Shown here one piece after another: positions 1 to 11,143 of a stretch of 37,289 bases of DNA (its first letter is position 1; the number at the start of each line of letters is the position of its first letter). The notes beneath the pieces were generated by a model. That model was not told the DNA's origin and made no database searches. It saw nothing but the letters and a program-made list of their open reading frames with translations. The stretch comes from Octopus bimaculoides (lineage: Eukaryota): NCBI RefSeq assembly GCF_001194135.2, contig NC_068981.1, positions 195,196,972-195,234,260 of the forward strand, given 5' to 3'. Position numbers and translations under genes: made by a program.

Positions 1-30
<30 letters not shown>

Positions 31-33
<3 letters not shown>

Positions 34-392
34 GGCGCAAAAGCCCAGTGGTTAGGGCAGCGTACTCACGGTCGTAGGATCGCAGTTTCGATTCGCAGAC
101 CACGCGTTGTGAGTGTTTATTGGGCGAAAACACCTAAAGCTCCACGTGGCTCCGGCAGCGGGTGGTGGCGAACCCTGCTGTACTCTTTCATCACAACTTT
201 CTCGTATTCTTTCTTCCTCTTCCTGTTGTACCTCTACTTCAAAGGGCCAGACTTGTCACACTTTGTGTTACGCTGAATCTCCCTCGAAAACTACGTTAGG
301 GATACATGTGTCTGTGGAGTGCTCAGCCACTTGCACGTTAATTTCACGATCGGATCAACTGGAACCCTCGTCATCGTAACCGATGGAGTGCC
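31..392 (+). mobile_element. tRNA-derived SINE (type D here); shares its 3' tail with the SINE at 14141-14463
   Basis: tRNA-like head GAAGGCGC..CCCAGTGGTTAGGG..GTTTCGATTCG (A/B-box-like). The 3' part from about 238 (TTCAAAGGGCCAG...CACTTGCACGTTAAT...CGTAACCGATGGAGTGCC) aligns with the reverse complement of 14141-14310. Confidence 0.7.
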
Positions 393-621
393 ACGATACA
401 TATATATAATGGAGAAATTATACAAAATACATAAATAGATGATGAGTAAAGCACCAGCAGAGTTTCGATTACCTGTTGTTATCCGTAGATTTATATATCG
501 TTGCTATAATGTAAAACTGTCGTATCACAACGGTTTTGCTATGGATTGATGAAACTATTTTCTCGTTTTCTGAAAATAGTAACGTTTTGGACGGACTTAT
601 GACACTTTTGCATAATAGCAA

Positions 622-652
<31 letters not shown>

Positions 653-689
653 TGGAGCAAAAACTCATTAGAGGTCATTAGAATATTCG

Positions 690-905
690 GACAGATAGAA
701 GATACAAAAGAAGACAAGAGAAATGGCAATTAAGACGGGTCATTCGTTACTTTTTGTCCTCAGTCAAGTTCCGGAAGTCATGACCATTTCTGGCAGTTGC
801 ACCTGAGCTGGTTCGATCTTGTTGCCCACCAATAAATCTAAGCTAAGAGCATTAGACCCCGTTGTAAGAAAGCTAGCGAATATGTATGACAACAAAGACA
901 AAAAA
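690..905. repeat. Unclassified interspersed repeat, copy 1
   Basis: Shares blocks GATACAA, GACGGGTCATTC, TCCTCAGTC(A/G)AGTTCC, CTAAGCTAAGAGCA and AGAAAGC..GCGAAT(A/G)T with 2195-2400. Confidence 0.65.
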
Positions 906-946
906 AAACAAAACAAAAAAGCAAACAAAAACACGGAGAACATGGT

Positions 947-1688
947 ATTATATATATATATATATATATATATAAAAAGTGTGTGTGTGTGTGTGTGTGT
1001 GTGTNNNNNNNNNNNNNNNNNNNNNNNNNNNNNNNNNNNNNNNNNNNNNNNNNNNNNNNNNNNNNNNNNNNNNNNNNNNNNNNNNNNNNNNNNNNNNNNN
1101 NNNNNNNNNNNNNNNNNNNNNNNNNNNNNNNNNNNNNNNNNNNNNNNNNNNNNNNNNNNNNNNNNNNNNNNNNNNNNNNNNNNNNNNNNNNNNNNNNNNN
1201 NNNNNNNNNNNNNNNNNNNNNNNNNNNNNNNNNNNNNNNNNNNNNNNNNNNNNNNNNNNNNNNNNNNNNNNNNNNNNNNNNNNNNNNNNNNNNNNNNNNN
1301 NNNNNNNNNNNNNNNNNNNNNNNNNNNNNNNNNNNNNNNNNNNNNNNNNNNNNNNNNNNNNNNNNNNNNNNNNNNNNNNNNNNNNNNNNNNNNNNNNNNN
1401 NNNNNNNNNNNNNNNNNNNNNNNNNNNNNNNNNNNNNNNNNNNNNNNNNNNNNNNNNNNNNNNNNNNNNNNNNNNNNNNNNNNNNNNNNNNNNNNNNNNN
1501 NNNNNNNNNNNNNNNNNNNNNNNNNNNNNNNNNNNNNNNNNNNNNNNNNNNNNNNNNNNNNNNNNNNNNNNNNNNNNNNNNNNNNNNNNNNNNNNNNNNN
1601 NNNNNNNNNNNNNNNNNNNNNNNNNNNNNNNNNNNNNNNNNNNNNNNNNNNNNNNNNNNNNNNNNNNNNNNNNNNNNNNNNNNNNNNN

Positions 1689-1742
<54 letters not shown>
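947..1742. repeat. (TA)n/(GT)n microsatellite, N-gap (1005-1689), then (CA)n
   Basis: Directly visible simple repeats flanking an assembly gap. Confidence 0.95.
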
Positions 1743-1749
<7 letters not shown>

Positions 1750-2082
1750 ACTCACGTTGTAATAGCTCTGTTCTTGGGTACTTAACCATAAATAACACCA
1801 ATAATGATGGACGTTTTGTCTCTTGGAGCAGTTCAATTGACAATTGTTCCTTGATTTCGCGGTCGATGAACTTCACAAAGTAGCCTTGTGAACATAGATG
1901 TCGTTGGTGTTGTTGCTAATGCTGTTGTTGATGTTATTAATACCGTCCTTGTGCGCCGCGTTGTTGCCAAGCTAGTTATTGTTTTAGGTTAGTGACTTTG
2001 GTCCCTAAGAACTCTCAGAAACGCGATGTGATTTATTTCCGTCTGTGCGACTGTATATCTACACCTCCCCTCGCTGTCTCTG

Positions 2083-2124
<42 letters not shown>

Positions 2125-2194
2125 TATATAATACACAATGGGACAAGAACGCAAAACATCCAGACAGTTAGGTGATACAACAAAGGGACAACAA

Positions 2195-2400
2195 AACATC
2201 CAGACAGACGATACAAGGAAAAGAAGGACGGGTCATTCAGAGTTTCCTTTCCTCAGTCGAGTTCCAGATTATCTTTGCAATTTCGGCTGGTTATACTCGA
2301 GATTGCTTCAATCTGGTCAGCCCCAAGGAAAAACTAAGCTAAGAGCACAAAATTCCTTGGAAGAAAGCAGCGAATGTATACAAAAGCAAGGACAGAAATA
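2195..2400. repeat. Unclassified interspersed repeat, copy 2
   Basis: Collinear similarity to 690-905; follows a (TA)n tract as copy 1 does. Confidence 0.65.
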
Positions 2401-2950
2401 AACGAACAATATTACACAATACAATAAAAATAATAACAACATGTGTCTTTCGACTAAGGACGAATTAAATTAAGCTGGCGTGTGTGGAAATGAAGCCTTA
2501 CGGCAGGGATACAACATTTCACAAGAATATCGATGTTGCACGAAAGAAAGATGAGGCTTGGCCGAAAGCAGGTCACGTGAGAAGAGAAGCGAGAGAGGTA
2601 GAGGCAGAGAGACAAAATAATTAAGAGGGGCGAGTAAAAATGACGGACACAGAGAAGTGAAAAGTGGAGGGAAAGCAAGCAAGAAGAGAAGGCAAGGAAA
2701 TGTAAGCGACGGAGAACGAAAGATTCTTTATATTTTGCTGGTAGCTTACTGGCTACCATTTGTTAAAAATGGAGAAGAGAAGATGTTAAAAATTGAAAGA
2801 ATTTTAATACATAATTTTAATAATCATTCTACCATGAAGATGCATGTTAATATCGCTGTTTGAAACGATTGTATGCATGTATTACGNNNNNNNNNNNNNN
2901 NNNNNNNNNNNNNNNNNNNNNNNNNNNNNNNNNNNNNNNNNNNNNNNNNN

Positions 2951-2986
<36 letters not shown>

Positions 2987-3142
2987 AGTAGCATATATAT
3001 TTACATAGTAAAAAAAATTGCTATATATATACGTGTGTATGTGTATGCACATGTGTGTGTATTGGTCTGGAGATAATATCTCCTAGAAGCGAGGTGTATT
3101 TAAAAACACAATATGTATATATCTATCTATCTATATACATAT

Positions 3143-3293
3143 ATAACGGGCTTCTTTCAGTTTTCGTCTACCAAATCCACTCAAAAGATCCGAGGCTATA
3201 GTAGAAGACACTTACCCAAGGTGCCACCCAGTGGGTCTGAACCTAGAAGCATATGGCTGGAAAGCAAGCTTCTTACCTCATAGCCATGCCTGC
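3143..3293 (-). mobile_element. CORE-type tRNA SINE (type B), 5' half
   Basis: Reverse complement reads GCAGGCATGGCTATGAGGTAAGAAGCTTGCTTTCC..GGTTCAGACCCACTGGGTGGCACCTTGGGTAAGTGTCTTCTACTATAGCCTCGG..GAAAGAAGCCCGT, matching 18607-18760 and 30677-30803. CCTTGGGCAAGT resembles the CORE domain. Confidence 0.8.
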
Positions 3294-3379
3294 TCCAAGT
3301 GCGTTGCTGGTGGCTGAGACTCTAAAAGCTCTTCTAAATAGTGATCTGACGTAGTTATGAGAACACTCATCATCTCCAT

Positions 3380-3526
3380 GTAGGCATTGCATTTGTCTCC
3401 ATCTTTGGTGTATATCGGTGTAATGAATGTTTTTTCTCGTTCTGTTTACTTTTATGTCTGATAGTGTTTTGATTCTATAGTGTTGGCATAGCTTCCAGTG
3501 TATATAGGTCCCAGCTCTGTCGTGTC

Positions 3527-3527
<1 letters not shown>
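3380..3527 (-). mobile_element. R4/Dong-like LINE fragment abutting (TAA)n
   Basis: Minus strand translates RHDRAGTYIHWKLCQHYRIKT, homologous to RHDQVAKVLHWKLREKW in the LINE at 13459. The left boundary is uncertain. Confidence 0.55.

Positions 3528-3580
<53 letters not shown>
3528..3580. repeat. (TAT)n microsatellite
   Basis: Directly visible. Confidence 0.95.
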
Positions 3581-3582
<2 letters not shown>

Positions 3583-3583
<1 letters not shown>

Positions 3584-3790
3584 CAGCGAGCTGGCAGAAT
3601 CGTCAGCACGCCGGGCAAAATGCTTAGCGGCATTTTGTCCGTGTTTACATTCTGAGATCAAATTCCGCCGAGATTGACTTTGCCTTTTATTTTTTTCGGG
3701 GATCGATAAAATAAAAACCAGTTTAACACTTCGCTAATGTCACCGACTTTACTCCACCCTTAAATTGCTGGCCTTGTGCCAAAATTTGAA
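3583..3790 (+). mobile_element. tRNA-derived SINE (type A, tail variant 1)
   Basis: Head GCGAGCTGGCAGAATCG (A-box) and GAGATCAAATTCC (B-box-like), centre GACTTTGCCTTT..TTTCGGGGATCGATAAAATA, tail AAATTGCTGGCCTTGTGCCAAAATTTGAA. Several copies in the window. Confidence 0.85.
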
Positions 3791-4972
3791 ATTATCATCG
3801 CTGTTGTTGTTGTTGTTGTTGATATTGTTGTTTGTTCTTGCTGCGTGTATAGTTGTTCTTACCATTTCACTCCTTACCGTCTTTTTCTTTTTTTTCTGTT
3901 CCTGTTTCATATTTCGCTAGTAAGTCTCCCACCTCTACTCCCTCCTACTACCACAACCCACCACCACAACCACCGCCAACGGTGAGAGGATTCCAGACGC
4001 CAAACCACTGAAGAGAATCTGGAAGTTGGCGGCGTTCTTCCTCGTCTCACCCCAGGTTCTAAAGAACCGATCTGTAGTCACGTTGGCCACAACTCCAAGA
4101 CGCTCCAAACTAACAGATTTACACTGTTTAACAGGGTTTCTTATCTCTCACACAAATATGTTTTATCACTGGTTGTTCCATTGTGTGAATTGACCGACAT
4201 AAACGACGAACACAGCTAATGTAATGTAATCACAATCTAACGATATACGCTGTACAATATGTGTGTAACTGTCTTTCTGCATATGTATGTCTAAGTGTGC
4301 ATGGGTGTATAGTTGTGTCTATAAGAGAGTGCGTGTGCGTAAAACATATACACACATAAGCACATGCATACATATATTCATATATACACACACACATGCA
4401 CACATACACAAATCTCTCTTTCTCTCCATCTCTCTCTCTCTTTATATATATATATATNNNNNNNNNNNNNNNNNNNNNNNNNNNNNNNNNNNNNNNNNNN
4501 NNNNNNNNNNNNNNNNNNNNNNNNNNNNNNNNNNNNNNNNNNNNNNNNNNNNNNNNNNNNNNNNNNNNNNNNNNNNNNNNNNNNNNNNNNNNNNNNNNNN
4601 NNNNNNNNNNNNNNNNNNNNNNNNNNNNNNNNNNNNNNNNNNNNNNNNNNNNNNNNNNNNNNNNNNNNNNNNNNNNNNNNNNNNNNNNNNNNNNNNNNNN
4701 NNNNNNNNNNNNNNNNNNNNNNNNNNNNNNNNNNNNNNNNNNNNNNNNNNNNNNNNNNNNNNNNNNNNNNNNNNNNNNNNNNNNNNNNNNNNNNNNNNNN
4801 NNNNNNNNNNNNNNNNNNNNNNNNNNNNNNNNNNNNNNNNNNNNNNNNNNNNNNNNNNNNNNNNNNNNNNNNNNNNNNNNNNNNNNNNNNNNNNNNNNNN
4901 NNNNNNNNNNNNNNNNNNNNNNNNNNNNNNNNNNNNNNNNNNNNNNNNNNNNNNNCATATATATATATATAT

Positions 4973-5093
4973 ACAAGGCTTTGGTCGGCCCGAGTGTATA
5001 GCAGAAGACACTTGCCCAAAGTGCCTTTCAGTGGGAGTGAACCCGGAACCATGCGGGTGGGAAGCAAGCTTCTTACCACACAGCCACTCTTGC
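4973..5093 (-). mobile_element. CORE-type tRNA SINE (type B), 5' half
   Basis: Reverse complement GTGTGGTAAGAAGCTTGCTTCCCACCCGCATGGTTCCGGGTTCACTCCCACTG..CACTTTGGGCAAGTGTCTTCTGCTATA..CGGGCCGACCAAAGCCTTGT, followed by (TA)n and a gap. Confidence 0.85.
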
Positions 5094-5251
5094 GCATATA
5101 TATATGCAACACCAAACTTTGTCAGTGAATAGGTTGCGGTCCCACGGCGACGAAAATATTTCGGCAAATAAAATTTAAATGTTGAAGTGAATCTAACGGT
5201 TTTTGTTTGTTTTGAAATGCCTTGTAAACACCTTACATGCTGCAATTTATA

Positions 5252-5990
5252 CAGGGTCTCCCCCCAAAATGTATACACACTTTAAATAATTGTGAAGTAG
5301 GTAAATACATTTCGTTTTCAAAATTTAATAGAATCTACAGACGTAATTTTGTTGTTTTGTCAACGCCTGTTTCCAAACTGACGTCCGTTCTGGTCCAGGC
5401 ACTGCTGACAACACGAAACAATGGCATCGCAAACATCACGAAACAATTCGTTTGGTATTTGCGTACATTCTCGTTCAATGGCTGCTCTCAAATCTGCGAC
5501 TGTTGCAGGTTTCATAGCGTAGACTCTGTCTTTTAGGTATCCCCATAAAAAAAGTCTAGTGGTGTTAGATCTGGTGAATGTGGAAGGTATTCAACGAAAT
5601 CCCTTCATCTAATCCACCTGTTTAGCAAGATCTAATCACGGAAGGATCTAACATTGCGATGGTAGTGTGGAGGTGCTCCATCTTGCTGAAAATAAAACTC
5701 CTCATCTTCAAAGTCTTTTCTAATGCTTGGCATGACAGATTGTTGCAGCAAGTTCAAGTAAACAGGACCAGTCACAGCAGCGTCAAAAGAGAGTGGTCCA
5801 ATTAATCTTCTTGATGATAAGCCACACCACACTGTAACTCCTGGTGAATTAACATGGTGTTCCACCATACCATGCAGATTCTCAGGTCCCCAGTAGGTTC
5901 AATTGTAGCGGTTAATTGAAACATTTAATTTGAATGTGGCCTCATCACTCCACACAATCTTTGTTGGAAAGTGTGCACATCTTCTATACA
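5252..5990 (-). mobile_element. Decayed Tc1/mariner transposon, DD41D (rosa/Visitor-type), C-terminal transposase half plus one TIR
   Basis: Minus strand: KIVWSDEATFKLN...[23 protein letters not shown]...SPDLTPLDFF / GYLKDRVY..KPATVADL..GRQF. There are 41 residues between the D of QQD and the D of PLD, in-frame stops and a 1-bp deletion in the T-run near 5547-5553. Terminus TA|CAGGGTCTCCCCCAAAATGTATACACAC at 5250-5280. Confidence 0.9.
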
Positions 5991-6039
5991 TCGACCAAGT
6001 ACCACTTGCAATACTGCACTCTTCGGTCTGGAAATCCGA

Positions 6040-6548
6040 GCCTTCAAGTAGGTTCCATAGTTTGGGCGTCCACATTTTTTAACCGTTGGTTTCGTGGTTG
6101 TTGTGTAAAGCTCCGCATTGTTACAAGTCTCTTTAGCGATTTGTGTTGCTTTTTGCATTTGATGAATTTATGTGCTTTCAGAATGTTGGTCATTTTTGGG
6201 TCTCTAGTCACTAAAGGAAGGTATTGCACAATAGTGTTGAATGCCCCATTGTTTCTAGGGTTGTGGGTCGATATATACAGTAGTGTTTTGAGATGAGGTG
6301 AGGTGTTATGTTTTGTTGTCCTTAGTGTTTTTATGCCTAATTTCTTGGCACGCTTAATTCCATCGTCTACAAGTGAGGGTGGATATTGTCTTTCAGTTAG
6401 TGTTGTTCAGAGTTCTTGAAGACGAAGGCCTCGAGTAGTTCTATCAGACACTATTGTGCAAATCCTTTTTGCTAAATTAAAAGGGATATTTATTTTGAGG
6501 TGCATCGAGTGGCACGAGCTAAAAAGGAGATACTGCTTCGGGTCCATG
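6040..6548 (-). mobile_element. Penelope-like retroelement fragment (RT thumb and Cys-linker)
   Basis: Minus strand: DPKQYLLFSSCHSMHLKINIPFNLAKRICTIVSD..RLQEL*TTLTERQYPPSLVDDGIKRAK..YISTHNPRN..KQHKSLKRL, then after a frameshift PTVKKCGRPNYGTYL. This is the typical PLE RT C-terminus and zinc-knuckle linker (Neptune-like). Confidence 0.85.
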
Positions 6549-6567
6549 GGTTTATGCTAAATGTCAG

Positions 6568-6742
6568 TTATGCTTCGGCGCATTTCGTCCGTCTTTACGT
6601 TTTGAGTTGAAATTACGTCAAGATCGACTTTACCTTTCATTTTTTTCGGGCTAGATAAAATAAGTACCAGTAGAACGCTGGGGTCGATGTAATCGACTTA
6701 TCCCCACCCCCGAAATTGCTGGCCTTGTGCCAAAATTTCAAA
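6568..6742 (+). mobile_element. tRNA-derived SINE (type A, tail variant 1), 5'-degraded
   Basis: GCATTTCGTCCGTCTTTACGTTTTGAGTTGAAATT..GATAAAATAAGTACCAGT..CTGGGGTCGATGTAATCGACTTA..AAATTGCTGGCCTTGTGCCAAAATTT. Confidence 0.85.
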
Positions 6743-7732
6743 CACATTATTATGTTCGTATCGGCAAAACTCCTTTCGAATCGGTCGAGGGTTAGCTTGT
6801 TTATATGTTTAGAAATAATATACCGTCTTGTTAAGCTAATCAGGACCTCATGGGGCTGGTTGGTTTTATTTCTTTTTTCCCCCCAAGAGGATGAAATTTG
6901 CTGAAAAATTAATATCATTCTTTTTCTAATTGTTTGTCGTCGTATTTGTCAAAGATATATTAAACATAGATATATTTGTCATAGTTATATTGGACACGTT
7001 GTGCATGGGTCCTAACCATAGAAGTAACCAGTAAAAAGCGATAAAATATTGACTAATATTATCATCCGCCCAACATCGTTAGCAACATAGCAATCGCCGT
7101 TTAAAATATGGGAGTTTTTCAGTTGCACCCTGTATTGAACTCTTTCGACCATAGTCCTCCTTGACCATGGTTCATTTCAGGGCAAACAATAACAATAACA
7201 ATCATTGCAGTAACTCCTATGGCTGTCGTTAGCAGAAACTATGTTATTTTCTAATTATTGCTTTTATTTATTTGACTTGTATGCTTTCCCGTCTCCATCT
7301 TGTTAGTTTGCACCATATTGTTTCGATATTCTATAAGTTGATAATAATTTGCTTCTGATATGCAAACGAAAAATCTTGTTGTTACATAAACTGATTATGA
7401 TAAATAATATGGAAGAAAAGACAAGATGAGTGGCGCCATCTATCTAAATATTTATCGGTACAGAATATGAAATGTTTATTGATAGGCCTAGAAATCTGGT
7501 TAGAGTGGCACCGTATAATAATAATAAATATACAGTCCATTATCTGCAGGTCTCGTGGTCGCATGATCGGTTCCATTGCACAATAGACTTGAAAAGAGTC
7601 TTTAGAGAAACAAAACATTATGGTAATGCAGATTCCTTAATTGCGTTGGAACTTTCATACAAGACGTTTAAGAATTCCAAAATTTCTTTTGTAATCTTGC
7701 AAAAGTAGAGAGACGGAAGTAAATTGTGAAGA

Positions 7733-7792
7733 CAGACATCGCTGAGTGGCTGATTTGTTTTGATACCATATGGTTCCGGGTTCTATCCCCTT
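7733..7792 (+). mobile_element. Short degenerate SINE type B head
   Basis: CAGACATCGCTGAGTGG..ACCATATGGTTCCGGGTTCTATCCC resembles the type B head. Confidence 0.4.
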
Positions 7793-7914
7793 GTGTGTGT
7801 GAATGTCTTCTTGCTCTGCACCTGCACGTGTATGTGTGTATGTGTGTGTGTGTTCGTGTGCGGACGTGTGTGCATAAATATATTAATAGGTCTTTAATAT
7901 CAAAGTGACTAAGA

Positions 7915-8262
7915 AGCAGGGTACATCAAGGGGATCACTTTCACCCTTATTCTTCAGTCTTGTACTGGCTTCATTCAGAAATCTATTAAATAACAATGGC
8001 TTACGGGTACAATTCACAGAATGGCAAACCGAAACACCTGTTCTACAATGTCCGTGTCAAGACGTTTTACAAGAACGACAACCAACAAAAGGGTCTTGTT
8101 CTCATCAATATCATCAGCAACCGTATTAAATATAGGGTTCAGAATCGATAAATATTCCTTAGCCACATTCAGGACAGGAAAACTGGTAAAAACCGACAAA
8201 CCTAAAGCTTAACATTGACATCACGAACGAAGAACTAGATTAAGATGGTACATATAAGTACA
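7915..8262 (+). mobile_element. R4/Dong-like LINE reverse transcriptase fragment (frameshifted)
   Basis: Pieces GTSRGSLSPLFFSLVLASFRNLLNNNG, LNIGFRIDKYSLATFRTGKLVKTD and EELD*DGTYKYI resemble the recalled motifs QGDSLSPLLF, GMEFGLDKCAKATFKRGKLV and TYKYLG. Confidence 0.7.
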
Positions 8263-8345
8263 TAAGTGTGTTTCAATTTCTATTTTCAGCATATAGGCAT
8301 GATTAATTGCTTTTGTGCTCTTTATTATAATTGTATTTTTATACA

Positions 8346-8347
<2 letters not shown>

Positions 8348-8406
<59 letters not shown>

Positions 8407-8527
8407 TTATCTGTCTGTCTAAGTATCTATTTATCTATCTATCTATATCTAACTATTTATCTACCTCTACTATCTATCTGTCTATCTATTATGTATGTAT
8501 GTATGTATGTATGTATCAATCTATCTA

Positions 8528-8590
<63 letters not shown>
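8348..8590. repeat. Compound microsatellite (TCTA)n/(TATG)n/(CT)n
   Basis: Directly visible. Confidence 0.95.
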
Positions 8591-8594
<4 letters not shown>

Positions 8595-8597
8595 ATA

Positions 8598-9093
8598 CAG
8601 GGTGAACCAAAAGTAGGTGGACAGTATTTGGAATAGGTTTATGTATCGGTTATATTAATGCAATTGTTTATTATAAACATGTTGCAACTATGTTTTTTGT
8701 GTTATATAATTACCAAGAAGTGTCGGTGATTTAAAAAAATTACATAAGAGATGCATTTCAAGAAATTAATGCCCAGAGTGACTTGTGCGAAAATGTTTGT
8801 CGAAGCGTAAGAGGCAGACTTCAAAGCTGAGTAAATCAAGAAGGAAAACAGTTTGAGCACTTGCGTTGAGAAATAACATTTAATTTTCATTAATATAATT
8901 GTCTTATTACATATAGTTGTACGTATACGTGATCTCTAAATAAATGTTTTTTTTACTGTCCACCTACTTTTGGCNNNNNNNNNNAAATAACATTTAATTT
9001 TCATTAATATAATTGTCTTATTACATATAGTTGTACGTATACGTGATCTCTAAATAAATGTTTTTTTTACTGTCCACCTACTTTTGGCTCACC

Positions 9094-9096
<3 letters not shown>
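8598..9096 (+). mobile_element. Non-autonomous Tc1/mariner derivative (MITE) with 28-bp TIRs
   Basis: Left TIR CAGGGTGAACCAAAAGTAGGTGGACAGT and right TIR (rc) CAGGGTGAGCCAAAAGTAGGTGGACAGT match at 27/28 and are flanked by TA. An internal remnant reads IRDAFQEINAQSDLCENVCRSVRGRLQS*VNQEGKQFEHLR*. About 100 bp is duplicated across the 10-N gap. Confidence 0.9.
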
Positions 9097-9130
<34 letters not shown>

Positions 9131-9337
9131 TTCGTCTTCTTTTCTTCTGTAAATTAATACACAGTTAATGCCCTTTTTATATATAAGTATACATATATAT
9201 ATATATTGTGCAACTTTCTCTGAATATTTGTATTTTTACAAATATCGCTATTGTACACGCTTATTGGGTCAGCGCTCAGCGTACGTTGGATGAATGCTTT
9301 GCATTCGCACCAGCATGCAATATGTATACCGATGCGT

Positions 9338-9374
<37 letters not shown>

Positions 9375-9499
9375 ACAAATGCACATGCACGCACTTGCGT
9401 ATAAGTGTGTGTGTGTGTGTGTGTATCACGTGATTAATATATATTTGAATCTGGTGGCTGTACAAAGTTACACCAGTAAACAACTTGCTCTTCTACAAA

Positions 9500-9727
9500 T
9501 TGATTAACATCAACAAATACTATATGTATATGTTTATATATGTATATATATACATATACATACATGTATATTTATATATACAGTGACGAACATATAAATA
9601 TATATTGCAAGAATGCAAATGTGTGCGTCTGTACGTGCATATGTGTGTGTATGTATATGTCTGTGCNNNNNNNNNNNNNNNNNNNNNNNNNNNNNNNNNN
9701 NNNNNNNNNNNNNNNNNNNNNNNNNNN

Positions 9728-9770
<43 letters not shown>

Positions 9771-11068
9771 AAAAATATATGTATATATATACATATACAT
9801 ACATGTATATTTATATATACAGTGACGAACATATAAATATATATTGCAAGAATGCAAATGTGTGCGTCTGTACGTGCATATGTGTGTGTATGTATATGTC
9901 TGTGCTTCTAAATATATTCTGTATCTACGGACATGCATACACACACTCGTATATATTTACATATATGCATACTCGTACAAGCATAGCGACATTTACGCAT
10001 GCATGTGCATAAAGTCACACAGAAACACACACGGAGACACAAACTACCTTAGATACACACACATACACACACACATATTTGCGTTAGGTTTGCTCACAAT
10101 CGCTATATATGTATTTATAAATCAATTGAATTTTCATGGGTCCGAACGTAGATCCATTTCTTTGTAGCCAGGTATATACAGATGCATAAGTAAAAGCACA
10201 TGTAAATATATGCATAGATGCATCTGTATATGCAAGTATACGAATCTACAATCAAGCAAATCAGACCCACACACACGCATACAACCATACTCACGCACAC
10301 ACCATATATATATATATATATATATANNNNNNNNNNNNNNNNNNNNNNNNNNNNNNNNNNNNNNNNNNNNNNNNNNNNNNNNNNNNNNNNNNNNNNNNNN
10401 NNNNNNNNNNNNNNNNNNNNNNNNNNNNNNNNNNNNNNNNNNNNNNATGAATATTTCTGAACGTATACAAGTTTCATGAAATGAATATATATTTAATATA
10501 TGTATACCTACACATATACATAATACATCTATACACGCATACACATAAATGCGTACATACATATAAACATATATATATATATACGTACACACAAACACAC
10601 GCACACACACGTAATATATATGACATATACATGCATGTGTATATACGTACCTACATGTATACTGTGTACATATATACATACATATATCTCTGTGTATATG
10701 TGCGATGCTGTGATGGTACGCGGGAGGGTGTACACTGACAGTTATGTCTGTAATACATCATGTAAATGCATGCACGGTGAATTTCTCAAACCCTCTTTAT
10801 ATTCATCCATATTTTATTAATTTCAATGATTTCCCTCAGAATGCAAATGACCAAATGAGAAATGGCCAAACTACTTCTCTTCCTTTCCCCCCGACTCTCT
10901 CATATACACATGCAAACACACAAACACACGCATGTGTATATCAAAATGTATGTGTATAATTATATGTATATGTATATATGTATATATGCATATATGTATA
11001 TAGTTATACATATCTCTATATATACTTAGATGTGTGCATGTACATAGATCTATATATGACACAATATA

Positions 11069-11143
<75 letters not shown>

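Noticed and set aside
31-105. tRNA genes at SINE heads (also 14395-14463)
   Set aside because: No complete cloverleaf, and each continues into a SINE body and tail.
738-775. Hammerhead-like CTGAGGA..GAATGACCCGTC on the minus strand (also about 2227-2262)
   Set aside because: GAAA is GAAU, and no consistent stems I and II can be drawn in both copies. Kept only as an unclassified repeat.
2545-2577. AAGATGAGGCTTGGCCGAAAGCAGGTC, hammerhead-like
   Set aside because: It lacks CUGA, and helices I and III cannot pair.
7120-7134. TTGCACCCTGTA as the missing TIR of the DD41D element
   Set aside because: Only CAGGGT matches the TIR at 5252; the rest differs. At most it is an end of another Tc1-like element.
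7550-7622. Candidate exon with CTGCAG|G acceptor and ATG|GTAATG donor
   Set aside because: The peptide (VSWSHDRFHCTIDLKRVFRETKHY) is not recognisable, and such signals are common by chance.
9520-9906. About 130-bp direct repeat on either side of the gap at 9667-9727
   Set aside because: Identical copies flanking a gap are most simply an unmerged contig overlap.
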